From Mobula hypostoma (taxonomy: Eukaryota), in NCBI RefSeq assembly GCF_963921235.1, contig NC_086097.1:232564001-232628000 (forward strand): a stretch of 64,000 bases of DNA, in the 5' to 3' direction. Position numbers and translations under genes: made by a program. The first letter of the stretch is position 1; each line of letters opens with the position of its first letter. Below, piece by piece: positions 61,167 through 64,000 of this stretch. The notes beneath the pieces were generated by a model that searched no databases, had not been told where the DNA came from, and worked only from the letters and a program-made list of their open reading frames with translations.

Positions 61167-61869
61167 TGTTACGTGACCACGGTTTTGTTTTCTGCGGGTA
61201 TTACTTTAAAACACCTGGATAAGGTGGGACTATGACGTCAGTGTAACAAGCTGCGACAGACCGCTGGGACTTTCAGAGGAGAGAGAGAGAGAGCCAAAGC
61301 TTTGGACTGCAAGCTGAAGCAATAGGTAAAGTCTGATACTTTCCCATGCCCAAGGGGTTGGGTTGATCAATGGCACACAGTGCACTCTGGATGTGTGACT
61401 GTCACTTTGTATGATCCATAAGTGGATTTTGTTGGAGTACCCTGTGGCGACCACCTTTGTTAACCCTTACATGGTTTCGGGTATGTTATGTGGTAACCAC
61501 TTGTGCTTCTGTCACCTTGTGATATTTCTACGTGGATTTCGGGACGACTCGATGGATAAGATCTTTGGCGACTGTTACTTCATTTTCCTAGGGTGGAACC
61601 TGTGGAGTTCTTTGTGATCGCCTCCTTTCTACATTTTAATGTGGATTTACAAGTTTCTCCCCTCACTTATTCCGTGGATTACTGGACCTTTCTAGTTTGC
61701 CATTTTAAGACTTTAAGAACTCTTCCTAAGCTTGACAGTTTGGGAGCCACACTGTTAACTTCTGTTTATTTCGTTTAATTTTCTATATTTTGAGTAGATA
61801 CTAATAAATATAGTGTTTTAACATTAAAACCTGACTCAATTTGTGATCTATTGTTGCTGGTACGTAACA
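61167..61869 (+). mobile_element. Solo LTR (Gypsy-like), 703 bp
   Basis: TG...CA termini with inverted ends TGTTACGT / ACGTAACA, 4-bp flanks GATT/GATA, AATAAA near the 3' end. Interrupts a SINE tail. Confidence 0.8.
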
Positions 61870-62569
61870 GATACTGCACATAATAAGCCCTTCCAGCTCT
61901 TTGAGTAGCTCTGTCTAGCAATCCCTGTGTTGTAGAGAGGACAAAATGGAACAATGTTCAGGATGGAGACCAATGTTGCCAAGGAAACCAGGATTTCAAA
62001 TAACAGCAGTTAGTGATAAGAGACAACAGTCACTAAATAGCAACCGAAATACCAGCAAACAATAAACGGTTTGTTACTGGAAATTGCCGAATTCAATATC
62101 GAGGATCAAGAGTTGCAACATGCCCAGGTGGAGGATAAGATGGTGGGTGTGTCTTACATCTACAGTGAGCCTCATTGGACCAGCGTCAAGAGGCTACATG
62201 CAGAAAGGTCAGAGTGCGGTGAAGGATTAGAGTCACACAAAATCGAAATTCTGGGTGGCTCATGTGGAGATTTCACTCAGGTTGCCCTGTCAATTTTATT
62301 TAAACTGATGTTTGTGTGCCAGGTGCCATCTGTCTCTAACTGTTGATAAGTAAAGCTCAGTTAAGAAGGGTTTAGACTGCTACATAAACACATGGGACAG
62401 GCAGATGGAAGTAGTTCAATTAACATCATGGCTGACACTGAAATGGTGGGCTGAATAGCCTATTTTTGGTAAGATGGTGGTGCACTAAGCCACAACTGCT
62501 TCTATGGGGCCGCTAAAGGTGTTTTTGTCCATTTTTAAAGTATTTTTTATGATTGCAAGATATTGCTGG

Positions 62570-64000
62570 ACAGTGAAGTGTTTTGAGAGGTTGGTGATGA
62601 AACATATCAGCTCCTGCCCGAGAGGTGACTTGGATCTGTTCCAATTTGCCAACTGGAGCAACAGGTCCAGAGCGGATGCCATCTAATTGGCTCTTCACTC
62701 AATCCTGGGCATCTAGACAGCAAAGATGCATATATCAGGATGCTCTTTATTGACTACAGCTCAGTATTCAATACCATCATCCCCTCAAAACTAATCAATA
62801 AGCTCCGAGATCTTGGCCTCAGTACCTCCTTGTGCAATTGGATCCTGGATTTCCTCACTTGGCGAGCCCAGTCAGCTTAGATTGGTAACAACATCTCTTC
62901 CGCAATCTCCATCAGCACCCAGCTGTGTGCTCTGCCCCCAGCTTTACTCACTTTACACCTATGATTGTGTGGCTAAGCACAGCTCCAAAGCCATATCCAA
63001 TTTTGCTGATGACACCCCTGTTGTAGGCCGAATAAAACGTGGTAATGAATCAGCATACAGGAGGGTGGTTAAAAATCTGGGTGAATGGTGTCATAACAAC
63101 AACCACTCACTCAATGTCAGCAAGACCAAGGAACTGATTGTGGACTACAGGAGAGGGAAACCAGAGGTCCATGAGCCAGTCCTTATCAGAGAATCAGAGG
63201 TGGACAGGGTTAGAAACTTCAAATTCCTGGGTGTTACTATTTCAGAGGATCTGCCTGGACCTATTGTGAAGAAAGCATGGCAGCAGTATTGCATCTGTAT
63301 TGTACTGTCTCAGTACCTTTATATTTGTGTGCTGTAGCACTTTTTAAATCGCAGTTATTTTGTAAATAACATTATTCTTTGCATTTCTGGTCAGATGCTA
63401 AATGCATTTCATTGGCTTTGTATCTGTACTCGGCACAATGACAATAAAGTTGAATCTAATCTAATCTAATTTAGTCTCTACTTCCTTAGGAGTTTGCGGA
63501 GATTCGGCATGACATCTAAAACTTTGACAAACTGCTATGGATGTGTATATTGACTGGCTGCATCATGGCCTAGTTTGGAAACATCAAAGCTTTTGAATGG
63601 AAAATCCTACGAAAGGTAGTGGGTTCGGCCCAGTACATCACAGGTAAAGCCCTCCCAACCATTGAGCACATCAACTTGAAACACTGTTGTAGGAAAGAAG
63701 CATCCATCGTCAGAGATCCCCACCACCCAGGCCATGCTGTCTTTTCACTGCACCCATCTGGCAGAAGGTACATGAGGCTCAGTACTCACACCACCAGATT
63801 TAAGAACAGTTATTACCCCTCAACCATCATGCTCTTGAACAAAAGGTGATAACTAAAATCACTTGCCCCATCATTGAAATGTTCCTATAACCAATGATCT
63901 CACTTTAAGGATTCTTTATCTCATTATCTCTTCTTTTCATTATTAATTGCTATTTATTTATATTTCCATTTGCACAGCTTTTTTTGTCTTTTGTATTCTG
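62570..64000 (+). mobile_element. Rex1/Babar LINE RT-to-3' region with a nested (AATCT)n-tailed fragment at ~63287-63470
   Basis: VKCFERLVMKHI, NFADDTPVVGRI and HHPGHAVFSLHPSGRRY. Confidence 0.88.

Noticed and set aside
52160..64000. Exons of a convergent neighbouring gene (SYBU in mammals)
   Set aside because: No recognisable coding sequence on either strand. The region is TE-derived or unassignable.

Overview
Vertebrate genomic DNA, most likely a cartilaginous fish (ray or shark). That assignment is an inference from the repeat spectrum: CR1 LINEs with (TTTCTATG)n tails, V-domain SINEs, Rex1/Babar and Penelope-like elements. The window holds one complete host gene, EBAG9 (RCAS1), on the + strand: 6 coding exons from 12216 to 48123, 214 aa, with a CpG-island promoter carrying a GC-box minisatellite, a 21.3-kb GC-AG first intron and a probably long 3' UTR. 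Nearly all other ORFs in the track are transposable-element pieces or their shadows. The most notable structures are: (i) a Penelope-like family carrying minimal type-I hammerhead ribozyme motifs, inserted as TSD-flanked fold-back units, including a 238-bp palindrome made almost only of two back-to-back hammerheads inside an EBAG9 intron; (ii) a reconstructable ~1.9-kb inversion with breakpoints in two CR1 copies, the left one occupied by a full-length CR1 that itself carries a same-family insert forming a ~1.85-kb inverted repeat; (iii) an RTE LINE with a twin-priming-type 5' inversion; (iv) tRNA/CORE-type SINEs whose body is homologous to a headless non-autonomous element. All calls come from reading the sequence. 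No database search or folding program was run, and boundaries of old repeats are approximate.
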